A stretch of DNA of 63,190 bases, the filler included. It is 9 parts of 9 records of this genome, joined end to end, with 100 filler letters (N's around TTAATTAATTAA, not from the genome) between each part and the next. Parts side by side here need not be neighbours in the genome. Positions count along the whole stretch, not along the records: positions 1 to 13,900 come from SRR7504441_7568; positions 14,001 to 17,997 come from SRR7504441_7588; positions 18,098 to 21,783 come from SRR7504441_7603; positions 21,884 to 34,335 come from SRR7504441_7610; 5 more parts are not named here. One strand, written 5' to 3'. The notes under the pieces were generated by a model that had not been told where the DNA came from, did not search any database, and saw nothing but the letters and a program-made list of their open reading frames with translations. Below are positions 11,313 through 22,355 of this stretch, in pieces. The stretch's first letter is position 1. Every line of letters begins with the position of its first letter. A program made the translations under genes and the position numbers.

Positions 11313-13076
11313 ATGCGCGGGCGGCTGGCGTTGGCCGGGCTGCTGCTGCTCTTCTCCGGGGGGGGCACACTCAACGCCAGCGCCTGGCGGCCGGGCGGGG
11401 AGGGCTTCCGCTGGCCCGAGATGCGCCGGCCCGTGGCCGGGCTGGCCGGGGTCTCGTTCTCGGGCGGGGGCTACCGGGCTTACGCCTCCTCGATCGGGGC
11501 CCTGCGAGGCATCCGGCAGCTCGGCCTGCGCAGCGACTATCTCACCGGGGTGTCTGGCGGCTCCTGGGCCACGGCCAGCTGGACCTTCAGCACCGACACC
11601 GACGAGTCGTTACTGCTCGGGGGGTTCGCCCCGCCCAGCGCGCTCTCGATGGCGAGCCTCAGCGAGTCTGACCCGCGCTGCGCACTCAGCGCGCTCACTA
11701 ACAACCTAGCGAGCCGGGTGGCCTGGATGGCCCCCGAGCACGGGTGCCGGGCGCGACGGCAGAGGCTGACCGTGCCGGTGCAGATTGTACGGGGCGTGGC
11801 AGCGGGCGATCGAAGATATCTTCCTGATCCCGCGCGGGCTGAACAAGTCTTCCATGTTCAGCCTGGACGGTCCAACGCTAAGCGAGCTGCTCCAGCGCAA
11901 CCCGTCACTCCGGACCCGGCCGTGGGCGCTGGTGCACGCTTCGCGGGCCTACCCAATCATATGCTCGGCGCTGATCGGGCCCAAGCTGTCGGCGCCGTTC
12001 GTCCCCGAGACGCCGATCGTGATGAACGAGGTGCTCAGTTAGCGGCCCAGCGTTAGCCTTGGGGCAGGTCACGCCTCTGTACATCGGCAGGCCACTGGTC
12101 TCGAACCTTAGGTGCTGCCCACCTCAGGCATGGGCCGACGGGATGGCGCAGTTACGTCGATCTGAGTGGAACAGTTACCTTTGATGTGCAAGTCGGGGGG
12201 CTTGTCGAGCCACTCGGGTATGGGGGCGCCCCGCCGGCTCAAGGGCTCGGACAACAGACATCAGGGTATCTATCAGTCCCTACCCCAGTCGGTTATACGC
12301 TCGCTGAAGCGATCGCCGAGTCGTCCTGGTTTCCTGGAGCATACCTCACTGAGATCTCCAAGGCGGTCTCGGAGCTGACAAGCAACACTGACCAGTACTG
12401 GTCGCCTGCGGCTGCCGCCCCGAGAGGGCACAATTTCATAGTGGGCGATGGCGGCAATGTGGAGAACACGGGTATCTTCTCGATGCTCCGGCGCAGGGTG
12501 CCAAGCTTGGTGGTGTTTGACTTTTCAGAGGACGTGTTGGCGCCTGCGGAACGCTGGGACCCGCACAACCGGTCGGCCACGCCGAACGACATCGGGAGCG
12601 CGCTGCCGTCGCTGTTTGGATGCTTTCTGGACAAGAACTCCACACGTGGATGGAACTATCGTCAGAACCAGATATTTCCGGCCTCCGACTTCCCCCGGCT
12701 GGTCAGCGGTCTCCAAGCCGGGATGAAGGCCGGCACTGGGGCAGTGGTCCGGTTGGAGCAGCGGACCGTTGAGAATCGACACTGGGGCGTGCCGGCCGGA
12801 CAGTCTGTGAATGTCACGTGGTTTTACATATCGCGGTGCCTCAAATGGGAGGAGCAGCTGCCTGATGAGCTCAGGCGGCTGGTCCAGCCGCACTCGGGCA
12901 GCGTGAATGATACGAGCAACCTAGTCAGGGGAGGTCCGTTCGATCGGTTCCCACATTATCCTACCTCGCGAGTGCACTACACGAGCAGTCAAGCCAACCT
13001 GCTCGCCGCGTTGCTTAGTTGGGTAGTGATTGAGAATTCAGAGCTCTTTGCTGCACAGTTGCACCGGGACGCATGA
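11313..13076 (+). CDS. Secreted cPLA2/lysophospholipase-like (patatin-fold) hydrolase
   Basis: Signal peptide; SGGGYRA oxyanion motif, GVSGGSW nucleophile and DGG motif. Three short GT-AG introns (first 11744-11783). Confidence 0.85.
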
Positions 13077-13900
13077 CGACGATTAAATTTGACATGCGCT
13101 ATCATGCGGCTCTACTCGTACCTCTCGTACCTCTCGCCGTATCTCAGCTAGTAACCTCTGCTCTCCGGCCGGTCTCCGCTGCACCGCCTCTCCGGCTCTC
13201 TTCGCTCTCTTTTATTCTTATTTTTGAACGTATATTTTCCAATGTGCTAACATCCATCAATCGTGCACGTCAGAACCTGGTGTGAGGTCAAGTTAGGTCA
13301 ATCATCAATTAATCATCAATCGGTGGGACCCTCAAATTTCGTCAGTCGACGTCAGCATGCGCAGTCAGTCACGTGCAGTGACTGCCGTGCAGTCAGCTGC
13401 AGGTTGCACTTGTGCTAATTTTGGCAATTTGGGAATATATGGTGTCCAAACCAACCCGCGCCTGGGTCTCGGGCGGACCCGGCCGGACGCTGTAAGCCCG
13501 TCCGCCACCCGGGCTGAGCTGGTCGCAGGCCGGGGCAGCCCTGCCCGTCGCACGCAGCCGGGCTCCCGGACTGGCAGCCCAGGGCCTTCGGGTCGGACAG
13601 GCCAGCTGACGGGTCCGGCCAGCCTCTCCAGCACCGCCTGCAGGGCGCGGAGGGCTCCCAGTCTGCCCAGGTCGCCCGCCCGCTCACCGGCCGGCCGACG
13701 GTGGGCACAGTGCCAGCGGCCTGCGGAGCTCCGCCCCTGGCGGCACCTGACTAAGGCCGAGCAGCATACGGCCATCGCCCAGGCGCGCCGCCCCCAGCCT
13801 ACCGACCAGCCGGCCCTGCCGCACAACTGGCGGATCCCGGAGCTGCGGCCGGCCACTCAGACCACCCGGCCCTCCTCCTCCTCCTCCTCCTCCTCGTCGT

Positions 13901-14000
13901 NNNNNNNNNNNNNNNNNNNNNNNNNNNNNNNNNNNNNNNNNNNNTTAATTAATTAANNNNNNNNNNNNNNNNNNNNNNNNNNNNNNNNNNNNNNNNNNNN
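13901..14000. other. Artificial contig spacer (N-TTAATTAATTAA-N). Identical spacers at 17998-18097, 21784-21883, 34336-34435, 42126-42225, 47511-47610, 54040-54139 and 59697-59796
   Basis: 100-nt N-padded six-frame stop linker repeated eight times. Confidence 0.98.
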
Positions 14001-14155
14001 TATAATAATCTTTAATAATGACCATGATACGTGTCGTTTTACAACTGGAGCAACAGCTACCGAAAGCTATTGTCACGAGGGAAAGCTGTCGTCATTTCCG
14101 AATTGAGACTTGACGCAGCTGCCCCCTTTTCACCTGAGCTAGAATCAACCATGAC

Positions 14156-16161
14156 CTAGCTAGCGGTTGCTGTTGCTTCAGTTGTAGAACGACTAGATTC
14201 AGGTGGCGCCCCGAGGTCGTTCACCTCGGGTCTCCCGGGTGAGTGTTCCATCTCTTCTCCTCCATTGGGCGGCTCATCCGCGTCTGGCATTTGCTCCTGG
14301 GGCTCGGTGTGGGTGGCCCAATACATGACGCATATAAGAGCCAGGTAGGTGACTATCACAATCGCCATCGACACCTTATCGTCGATCGGGCCCGCGGCTG
14401 CCTGCGAATCGGAGCTGATGTCTGTGGTAAGTACCAGCTCCGAGCCGAGCAGCATCAGCGTGCAAGCAGACATGATGGCCAGCCGGACGCCCTTCTTAAG
14501 CACTGAGCGCGAGGTTCGAATCTCCTCCTTGTGCGCCGCATGCTGCCACCACACGCGAGTCCGCTCATAAGCACGCCAGATTATAAGACAGCTAGGCATA
14601 CCTGGATCGTGAGACATACATTCACAACGGCCGCGGCCCGGATTGCCATCCGAGTGGTGGAGGTCGGAGATTGCACATTCTGCTGCTGTGTATTGATCTT
14701 GCTCGAGCCCCATAGCATCAGCGCAGCCATCTGAGCAGTCAGCGCTCATCCGGCCATCATTCTCGAGACTAGCCCCGGCTCTAATCCTAAACCTAACCCT
14801 GACTTGCCATGAAAATATGAGTCCACAGCCACAGCACTCCGCGCCAAGGCTGAATGTGTAATAAGGCGTGCTGTTTAGTCGAGCGCGTCGACAAATCAAA
14901 ATAATAGAGCACGATCATCAGCCCGAGCAGCACACCGCCGATCAGATAAAATGTATTCCCAGCGTCCACTGCTGCATTGTGCACTGAGGTCTGACTCTCA
15001 GCTGCGTGGTCGATCAGCGCTGCCCAGGACTCAGGCCGGACGCAGGGTGCCAGGGCCGGCTACCGCTGATGACGTTGGTTCCAAGTATCATTGTGACCAT
15101 CCGCTTGTACCTAACCTCCAGATATTTCTTATTCAGCCTCGCCCACCAACTGCAGCCAGACCTCAGGCCGAGCATCCGGCTCCGCACCCGGTCTTGTAGA
15201 GCCAGAGGAAAGTCATCATCCCCTTGTCTGCCGCCACCCCGCACAGCAACAGCACGCTGCTCAGCACGCACGACTTGTGCTGGCACGACTGCAAACCGCT
15301 CGCCTCAAACTTGGCCGCAAGCACAAATCCGAACAGCAGCACTAGAGACGATGTGTTCCCAATCGCCTCCTTGCGCATGAATCTGCAGCACTTCCGCTTC
15401 CGCTCGGGCTGCGCCTGGAAGTTGGAGGCCACGTTCAGCTCGATGCTTTCTAGCTGCTCGGCCAGCGCGTCTGACTGCTCAGTGAGCCTGGCCTGGTCGA
15501 GAGTCGGATGGCTGACGGAGATCTGACTGGACGGCAGAGCCACATTCACAACAAACGCCGTGAGCACGTACCAGCCGATCCAGAGCCCAATCCCGTACAG
15601 CAAGTGAGTGCAGAACTGCTCGAGCTGGACTGCCGAGCTGCTCACCGCGATGCTGCCTGTGACCACGCAGCACATGATAGTGAAGAAGAAGCCCCGGTGG
15701 AGGACGTCGTCCTGGAAGAATCTGGCCGAGTAGTGCACCGAGGCCTCCCACATGTGGAACGTGACGGACGACACCGCCAGCGTGACCAGCAAGTCTGCCC
15801 GGCCTGCTGGCCCCGGGTGTGGCCGGGCTGCGCACCGTGCGAGCCGGCCATGTAGGCCATGATCCTGCCCAGTGAGACCGAGTAGCACAGATCAAAGTAG
15901 AGCTCGGTCGGCGACTGCAGCACCTCGCTCCCGGATATCCGTTGCTGGTATCGTTGGTTCCGCTCCTCCCGGTACCGCTCGAACGACTCTAGCCAGTCTG
16001 CCGCCCGCTCGCGCCTCGGCTGGTCCCAGGGCCGCACCGATCGTGCCAAACGTCCGGCGGCGATCCCGGGGGGCGGAGCCGGCCTGGCAAGCCGCCGGCG
16101 GGTCGAGCAGCGGACCGTCCGCCCCCACGCTCGGCCCGTCCGCCTGGACAGGCCTCTCCAT
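14156..16161 (-). CDS. Low temperature requirement protein A (LtrA)-like multi-pass membrane protein
   Basis: SPTELYFDLCYSV and WEASVHYSARFFQDDVLHR motifs. About six introns, including GC-AG intron 14731-14807. Confidence 0.75.
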
Positions 16162-16235
16162 GGTCGAGCAGTCGCGGCTGTCGGGGCGGTGGTGATCCTT
16201 CCAACGGATCTTTTCTCGCTGCAGTACGCAGAGAC

Positions 16236-17955
16236 ATGCCGCGTCTCGGAGCAGCAGCACTGGGTGCCGGGCTGCTTGTGCTGGCCGGGTTGCAGCTGGC
16301 GGGCGGGTGCACCGCGCTGATCGTGGGGCGCAAGGCCAGCCGGGACGGCAGCGTCATGTGCTCGCACACCAATGACGGCGGGGCCACGACCGACCCGAGG
16401 CTGGCCGCAGTCGCACCCGGCACCCACCCGGCCGGCAGCCGACGGCCCGTCTTTGCCTCGCCCGAGAGCTACCCGCGGTACGTCGGGCGCGCCCGCGGTG
16501 TGCCTGCATACTTCCCAAGGGGTAATCAGACCGAGCAGCCCCCGATCGGGTATCGGCGAGTCGACCTGCTCGGCAGTGGCCTGGTCTGAGCACGGCGGCC
16601 GCGCGCCCCGGCCCTGCACGCTTGACCGGCCGGCCGAGTGCGCGTTGCTCTCGGTGGACGAGCTTTCCAGGCTGTGCATGGAGCGGGCTGGCTCGGCGCG
16701 GGAGTGCGTCCGGGTGATGGGCGCGCTGGCCGAGGAGCACGGGTTCTACGGGGCTGACGGGTTTGAGGGCACCGGCGAGAGTTTGATGGTGGTCGATCCA
16801 AACGAAGGCTGGATCTTCCACGTCCTCTCGGATCCGACAGGCCAGTCCGCGGTGTGGGCCGGCGAGCGGGTGCCGGACGACGGGGTCGGGGCGGTGGCCA
16901 ACATGTTCACTATCCGGGCGGTCAATCTGAGCCAGCCGGAGCGATTTATGGGCTCAGCCAACATGGCGGATCTGGCGCTCAATCATAACCTCTCAGAGCA
17001 CTGCAGCTCCACTGAGCGGTGCGACTTCACCTCCACGTTCAGCGACGGCGAGTACGCGCACAAGTACTACAGTGGCCGCCGGATGTGGGGCGCGTATCGC
17101 ATGCTGGCCCCTTCCTACACCGCCAGCAAGCTCTCACCGAGCTATGGCTCTCTCAAGCACGACGCGCCATACCCTGCTACAGTGCCAGTCAAACCGGACG
17201 AGCTGGTCAGCCTGCAGGATCTATTCGCGGTGCACCGGTCGTATTACCAGGGCACTGCATACGACCTGTCGGCTGGTCTGGCAGCAGGGCCGTACGGCAC
17301 ACCCAACAGGTTCAGTGCAGGGAAGGGCGAGTCGCAAGTGAAAGGCGCCTGGGAGCGGCCGATATCCTTGTTTCGGACCAGCGACAGCCACGTGGTCCAG
17401 GCCCGCAGCTGGCTGCCCGACCCGGTAGGCGGAACACTCTGGTTCGCGCCGCACTGCCCGCAAACGTCTGTCTACACTCCTTTCCCAGCAGGGATGGCTC
17501 GGGCTCGAGTGCCGTATGCGTACGAGCAAGGGCACCAGGCTCGACTGGACAAGCGCACCGCGTTTTGGGCGCACCGGTCGGTGGCACAACTGGTGGATAA
17601 CAAATTCAGGCTCGCAATCAAGCCGGTGGCTGCCGAGTATGAGCGGCTTGAGCGGCAGTCGATCCAGCTGCAGGCAGAGTGGGACCAGCTCTGGGAAGCA
17701 AAGCCCGAGTACCAGCTGCTCGACCGTCAGTTTAAGGCCAACGCTGAGCAGATCGTGCAGGCGTGGTGGGCTCTGTTTGATCGGTTGCTGTTCGAGTTTG
17801 CGGACGGCTGGGACAACACGCCCTCGCTTGGACAGGCCATAGGATACCCGGCCTGGTGGCTGAGCAAGGTCGGCTATCAGGACGGTCCGCCGCCCGTGCT
17901 GAGCAGCGAGCGGTTTCCGCGGCTGCCGTGGCGTCTTGCCCAAGCGAGCGTGTGA
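16236..17955 (+). pseudogene. Peptidase family C69 (dipeptidase/secernin-like, Ntn hydrolase), secreted; frameshifted by an apparent internal deletion near 16550
   Basis: Signal peptide then CTALIVGRKASRDGSVMCSHTND; IGESTCS, GESL, WERPIS and LWFAP motifs. Frame changes at ...PIGY/GIGEST. Could be an assembly error rather than a pseudogene. Confidence 0.7.
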
Positions 17956-18391
17956 GAATTTATGACCGGCGACACGATGGTCCGATGGTCCGAGTAANNN
18001 NNNNNNNNNNNNNNNNNNNNNNNNNNNNNNNNNNNNNNNNNTTAATTAATTAANNNNNNNNNNNNNNNNNNNNNNNNNNNNNNNNNNNNNNNNNNNNCAG
18101 AATCAACGGCCTTCGCTACATGTACACTTCACGCACGAGGATTCCACAACGTCCCAACGCAGGCGCCGAACGCATATAGGCCCAGCAACCGTACAGGACC
18201 AATCTCTTTAAGATTCATTTATGAAGCTTGCGCGGCAATAATTATACGGTACACTAAAATTACAAGCTACGTACGTATAGATTGTAACATTACGTATAAT
18301 GATCACGGCATTGTGACCCAGCCGCAGCCTCAAGCAGAAACGTAGAAACCGGACCACAAGCCAAGAGCACGCAGGCCGAGCGCGCGCGGCG

Positions 18392-19111
18392 TCACCGGCC
18401 GGCCAGGAACCGGCGGGACTCGCCCATCCTCGCGGCCACGTACTCGCTCCGCTTGTCGAGCCCCGAGATCCCGTGCTGGTGCTGGTCTGACATGCTGCCC
18501 TGGTTCCGCTTCCCGCCGTGCGTGCGCGAGTACGGCGTCACCGCCGCGGCGGTCCTGTGGTAGTTTGTCTCGCCCTTCCGAGGGTACATGGCCATCGGGC
18601 CGCCGTAGCCGTAGGCGGCCGCGTGGCTCCCGCATTCCAGTTCCTTGCCAAACTTGGTCACATAGTGCGGGGCGATGTGATCCCGCACCAGCACCGTGCA
18701 CGCGTGCGCCGGATTCAGCCCCCGGGTCGCCGCCATCTTCTCAAACACCCTCGTGAGCGCGGCCACAAACCTGTCGGCAGACAGTTTGACGGCAGGCCGG
18801 TAGGTGCTTCCAAGGGCGAGCTGGAAGAAGCCGTCGGCGTCTTTGGGCCGGGCGAAGAATTGGCAGGCCATGCAGAACTCGTGGAACTTGTCCCCGCGCA
18901 TGACGGGCTTGTTGGTGCTGTAATGATTGAACAGCGTGCCAAGGTCCACATTATGCTCGCTGCAGGTGGTAAACAGCAGAGAGAGCGAGCTGGAGGAGAC
19001 GCCGCTGCCCTCCCAGCTCACAGGGTGCCGGTCCAGGTGGTTGAAGAACATCGACGGCTCCTGCGCGTACCCGCGGCTGTTTGATCCGCACTCGCGCACC
19101 TCGCGAGGCAT
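18392..19111 (-). CDS. Hypothetical protein, possible p25-alpha/TPPP-like (EF-hand-like) domain
   Basis: 239-aa ORF. LFNHY..MRGDKFHEFCMAC..DADGFF..KLSADRFVAAL pattern. Divergent from the GH31 gene. Confidence 0.55.
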   Translation of the reverse strand: MPREVRECGSNSRGYAQEPSMFFNHLDRHPVSWEGSGVSSSSLSLLFTTCSEHNVDLGTLFNHYSTNKPVMRGDKFHEFCMACQFFARPKDADGFFQLALGSTYRPAVKLSADRFVAALTRVFEKMAATRGLNPAHACTVLVRDHIAPHYVTKFGKELECGSHAAAYGYGGPMAMYPRKGETNYHRTAAAVTPYSRTHGGKRNQGSMSDQHQHGISGLDKRSEYVAARMGESRRFLAGR

Positions 19112-19181
19112 TTTTGCCGCGTAACGTCATCCTGAAGCTCATGAAAAGAAAAGTGAGTCCTCGATTCATCACAGGGCGAGG

Positions 19182-21434
19182 ATGCAGCTGTGGGTGGTGA
19201 TGGGCGGAGCGGTGCTCCTCGTCGCGATGGCCGCGGCGGACGGGCGGCACCAGCTGGGCGAGTACTCTGTGTCCTGGTCGAGCGCCGGCCGGGTCCTGAT
19301 CGGGCGCGGCCATCGGCCCCCGGCGCTGGAATCTCACAAGCTGCTGGCGGCCAGCTGCGGCAACTGGTCGGCCCATGAGACCGCGGGCAACTTCGCCATC
19401 AGCTCACGGCCGGGCCGACTGACCGACCGGATGACAGTCGATCCCCCCGGGCGGATCAGCGCAACTCCCGATCGGCTGGTGCTGCAGGGCGGGCTGTCCT
19501 TCGACCCGCCGCAGCCCGGCTGCCCACCACTCCGGTACCGACTTAGCTTCCAGCTGGCCGGTTCGGCCCTCCAGCTGCTGGTCACGGCCCGGGCGGTCGG
19601 GGCCGGTCGGCCGGACCGGTTGGTGGTCGATTGGCTCCGGCAGCCCGGCGAGGAGTGGTACGGGCTGGGCACTCAGTACAGCACGTGGGAGCTTTCTGGC
19701 CGGAAGGTGCCAGTGTGGACCCAGGAGCAAGGGGTCGGCCGGGGGGTGCAGCCGCTCACGCTTGTGCTCAATCAGTTCAGCGGTGGAGCCGGCGGGAGCT
19801 GGTGGAGCACGTACTCCGCAGTTCCAATCGTGCTAAGCTCACGCTGCAGAGCGATCCTGCTAGAAAACACCGAATACGCCGAATTCGATCTGACAGGCAA
19901 CCAGTCGGGCGCGGTCTCGGTCCAGAGCTTGGATCTGCGCATGCGGCTCGTCTCGGCTGACAGCCCGCTCCAGGTGATACAGTCCGTTACGGAGTTCACA
20001 GGTCGGATGCGCCCTCTTCCAAGCTGGCTGAGCTCAGGCGGCGCGGTGCTTGGTTATGAAGGCGGCACTACAGGCGTGCTCGGGGTTGTAGATAAGCTGG
20101 CCAGCGCGCGGGTGCCACTAGCGGCGGTGTGGCTGCAGGACTGGTCGGGCGTTCGTCGGGACGGGTTCGGCGAACGAGTCGTGTGGAACTGGCAAACGAG
20201 CTACGATCGGTACCCGGGGTGGGACCAGATGCTCGGCCAGCTGCGGGAGCGGGGGGTGAGGGTGTTGAGCTACATTAACCCGTACCTGGCGGACTTTGCG
20301 GGAGGGAGAGATTTGTTCGATCGAGCCGCCGCATTAGGGTATCTGGTCAAGAATGCGAGCGGGTTGCCTTATATTCAGAACAGCGGTACTGAAATCTTCA
20401 CGTTTGGGACGGTTGACTTGACCAACCCCCAAGCTCGGGGCTGGTACTCCCGGGTGATACAGTGTAATATGCTCCGTGTGGGCGAGGGATGTGGCCCGTC
20501 CAACACGACCGGTCGGCCCGACAACTCGGCGAGCGTCGCGGGCTGGATGGCCGATTTTGGTGAGTACATACCGATGGATGCGGTGCTCCACCAGGGTCGG
20601 CCGGAGTCGGTGCATAACCAGTTCCCAGTGCTCTGGGCCGAGCTGAATGAAGCAGCTGTCAGCCAGGCGGGGGTAGACGAGCAGGCGGTCTTCTTTGTCC
20701 GGAGCTCGGGAGCTAGGAGCCCCGGCGCGGCCAGGCTGTTCTGGCTGGGCGACCAGCTGGTGACATTCGACGCGCAGGATGGACTGCGCTCGGCGCTTCT
20801 CGGGATGCTTAGCGCGGGGCTTGCAGGGCAGGCGTTGACTCATAGCGATATTGGAGGGTACACTATGATTGACGGCTATTGGGATGCGGAGAAATGCGTG
20901 CATGCCAAGTACGTCCGAACGCGTGAGCTACTCTACCGCTGGACGGAAATGAGTGCGCTGAGCGATGCGATTATGCGCACACATATGGGCAACCTGCCCA
21001 ATAATTCTGCCCAGGTATATTCAGACAACAGCTCGTTGGCTCACTTTGGACGGATGGTTCGCGCCCATCAGGCGCTGGCTCCTTACCGGCGGGAGCTGAT
21101 GCTGCAAGCCGCTGCCAGTGGGGCGCCGTTGGTCCGGCACCCTTGGCTTCACTACCCGTCCGATGCAAGGGCACGCAGCCTGACCAGTCAGTTCATGCTC
21201 GGGTCCGAGCTCATGGCAGCGCCTGTGCTTGATGCCAACGTGAGCAACGTGACGGTTTATTTGCCAGACCCGACGCAAATCTGGGTACATTGGCGGCGCA
21301 ATGAGCGGTTCAAGGGTGGGGCGACGTATCAAGTCCGGTGTGATATTGGAGAACTTGCGGTGTTTGCCCGTGCCGAGTTTGTGGAAAGCTCTTCCTGGCT
21401 CGATTTGCAAGCTGTCCTGCAGGAAGGCCACTAA
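19182..21434 (+). CDS. GH31 glycoside hydrolase, sulfoquinovosidase (YihQ)-like, with signal peptide
   Basis: Intronless 750 aa. EQGVGRG, WLQDWSG..FGERVVWNW, SYINPY, GWMADFGEY (nucleophile), WLGDQ (acid/base), HSDIGGYT and MRTH. Confidence 0.88.
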   Translation: MQLWVVMGGAVLLVAMAAADGRHQLGEYSVSWSSAGRVLIGRGHRPPALESHKLLAASCGNWSAHETAGNFAISSRPGRLTDRMTVDPPGRISATPDRLVLQGGLSFDPPQPGCPPLRYRLSFQLAGSALQLLVTARAVGAGRPDRLVVDWLRQPGEEWYGLGTQYSTWELSGRKVPVWTQEQGVGRGVQPLTLVLNQFSGGAGGSWWSTYSAVPIVLSSRCRAILLENTEYAEFDLTGNQSGAVSVQSLDLRMRLVSADSPLQVIQSVTEFTGRMRPLPSWLSSGGAVLGYEGGTTGVLGVVDKLASARVPLAAVWLQDWSGVRRDGFGERVVWNWQTSYDRYPGWDQMLGQLRERGVRVLSYINPYLADFAGGRDLFDRAAALGYLVKNASGLPYIQNSGTEIFTFGTVDLTNPQARGWYSRVIQCNMLRVGEGCGPSNTTGRPDNSASVAGWMADFGEYIPMDAVLHQGRPESVHNQFPVLWAELNEAAVSQAGVDEQAVFFVRSSGARSPGAARLFWLGDQLVTFDAQDGLRSALLGMLSAGLAGQALTHSDIGGYTMIDGYWDAEKCVHAKYVRTRELLYRWTEMSALSDAIMRTHMGNLPNNSAQVYSDNSSLAHFGRMVRAHQALAPYRRELMLQAAASGAPLVRHPWLHYPSDARARSLTSQFMLGSELMAAPVLDANVSNVTVYLPDPTQIWVHWRRNERFKGGATYQVRCDIGELAVFARAEFVESSSWLDLQAVLQEGH

Positions 21435-21883
21435 TGAGGCTTCCGTAGCGGCTTCCATGCTATGGATCCTGGCGGCTGTCCTTGTACGTATACTGTCTCG
21501 TAATGATCATGGTAACGATCCAGCGCCCGACATAGTTCATGGTATAGTTCAGAAATCCCGTGGAGAAATTCCCAACAAAAGTCCTAAGAAGCCTACATGT
21601 ATCAAATCTAATCATACACCTTTTTGACCCAAACTAATCAACAAGTTCGTTTTTAAAAGTTAATTCATATTTAAAGTCTGTTCTTGTCTCGAGGCAGGGC
21701 CACCAAAACCAACATGGGGAGCGCTTGTTTGGGACGTATTTGGGACGACCCACTCTGGCTTCTCTTCATGCCCCGTTCATTCANNNNNNNNNNNNNNNNN
21801 NNNNNNNNNNNNNNNNNNNNNNNNNNNTTAATTAATTAANNNNNNNNNNNNNNNNNNNNNNNNNNNNNNNNNNNNNNNNNNNN

Positions 21884-22089
21884 GCTGGCCAGTCCGTCAG
21901 CCGGACAGGGGGACTCGGACTCGGATTCGGAAGCTCCAGTGCTCGTGCAGGGAAGTGCGCCAGACAGCAGTGCAAATGATGGATACATTACCGCCCGACT
22001 GTCGCCTGAAGCTGATAGTGCCGAACCACAGGCCAATATCAATGTAGGTCAGACTTTTCTAACGCTCCCAGAAACACCGAGAACCTGAG
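21884..22089 (+). CDS. C-terminal fragment of an unknown gene (5'-truncated by contig edge)
   Basis: Open frame LASPSAGQGDSDSD...ETPRT* followed by AT-rich 3' region. Confidence 0.4.
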
Positions 22090-22355
22090 TCGGAGGTCGT
22101 AGTGCTGACTCATATGTGATTCTGCTAGCATTATTTTGCACGACCATGCCAAGAAATTGAGCTCTAGAATATTAAATTGATTTGTACTATTCGTCCTTCA
22201 TTACATGTACATGTACGTAACGGCAGATGACCCATGGCCACCGCTGATGTCTTTATCACATGAATGATGTTTGTGTGTGTTATGATACAGTACTAAGAAG
22301 CTATGATTTGTGCCAGGTAAAGATCATCCCAACGAAGGTCCTGGTGACGCTGGGC

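Noticed and set aside
13357-13900. Partial gene at the end of contig 1
   Set aside because: Either strand gives a plausible low-complexity frame (poly-Ser or poly-Glu), and no motif decides between them.
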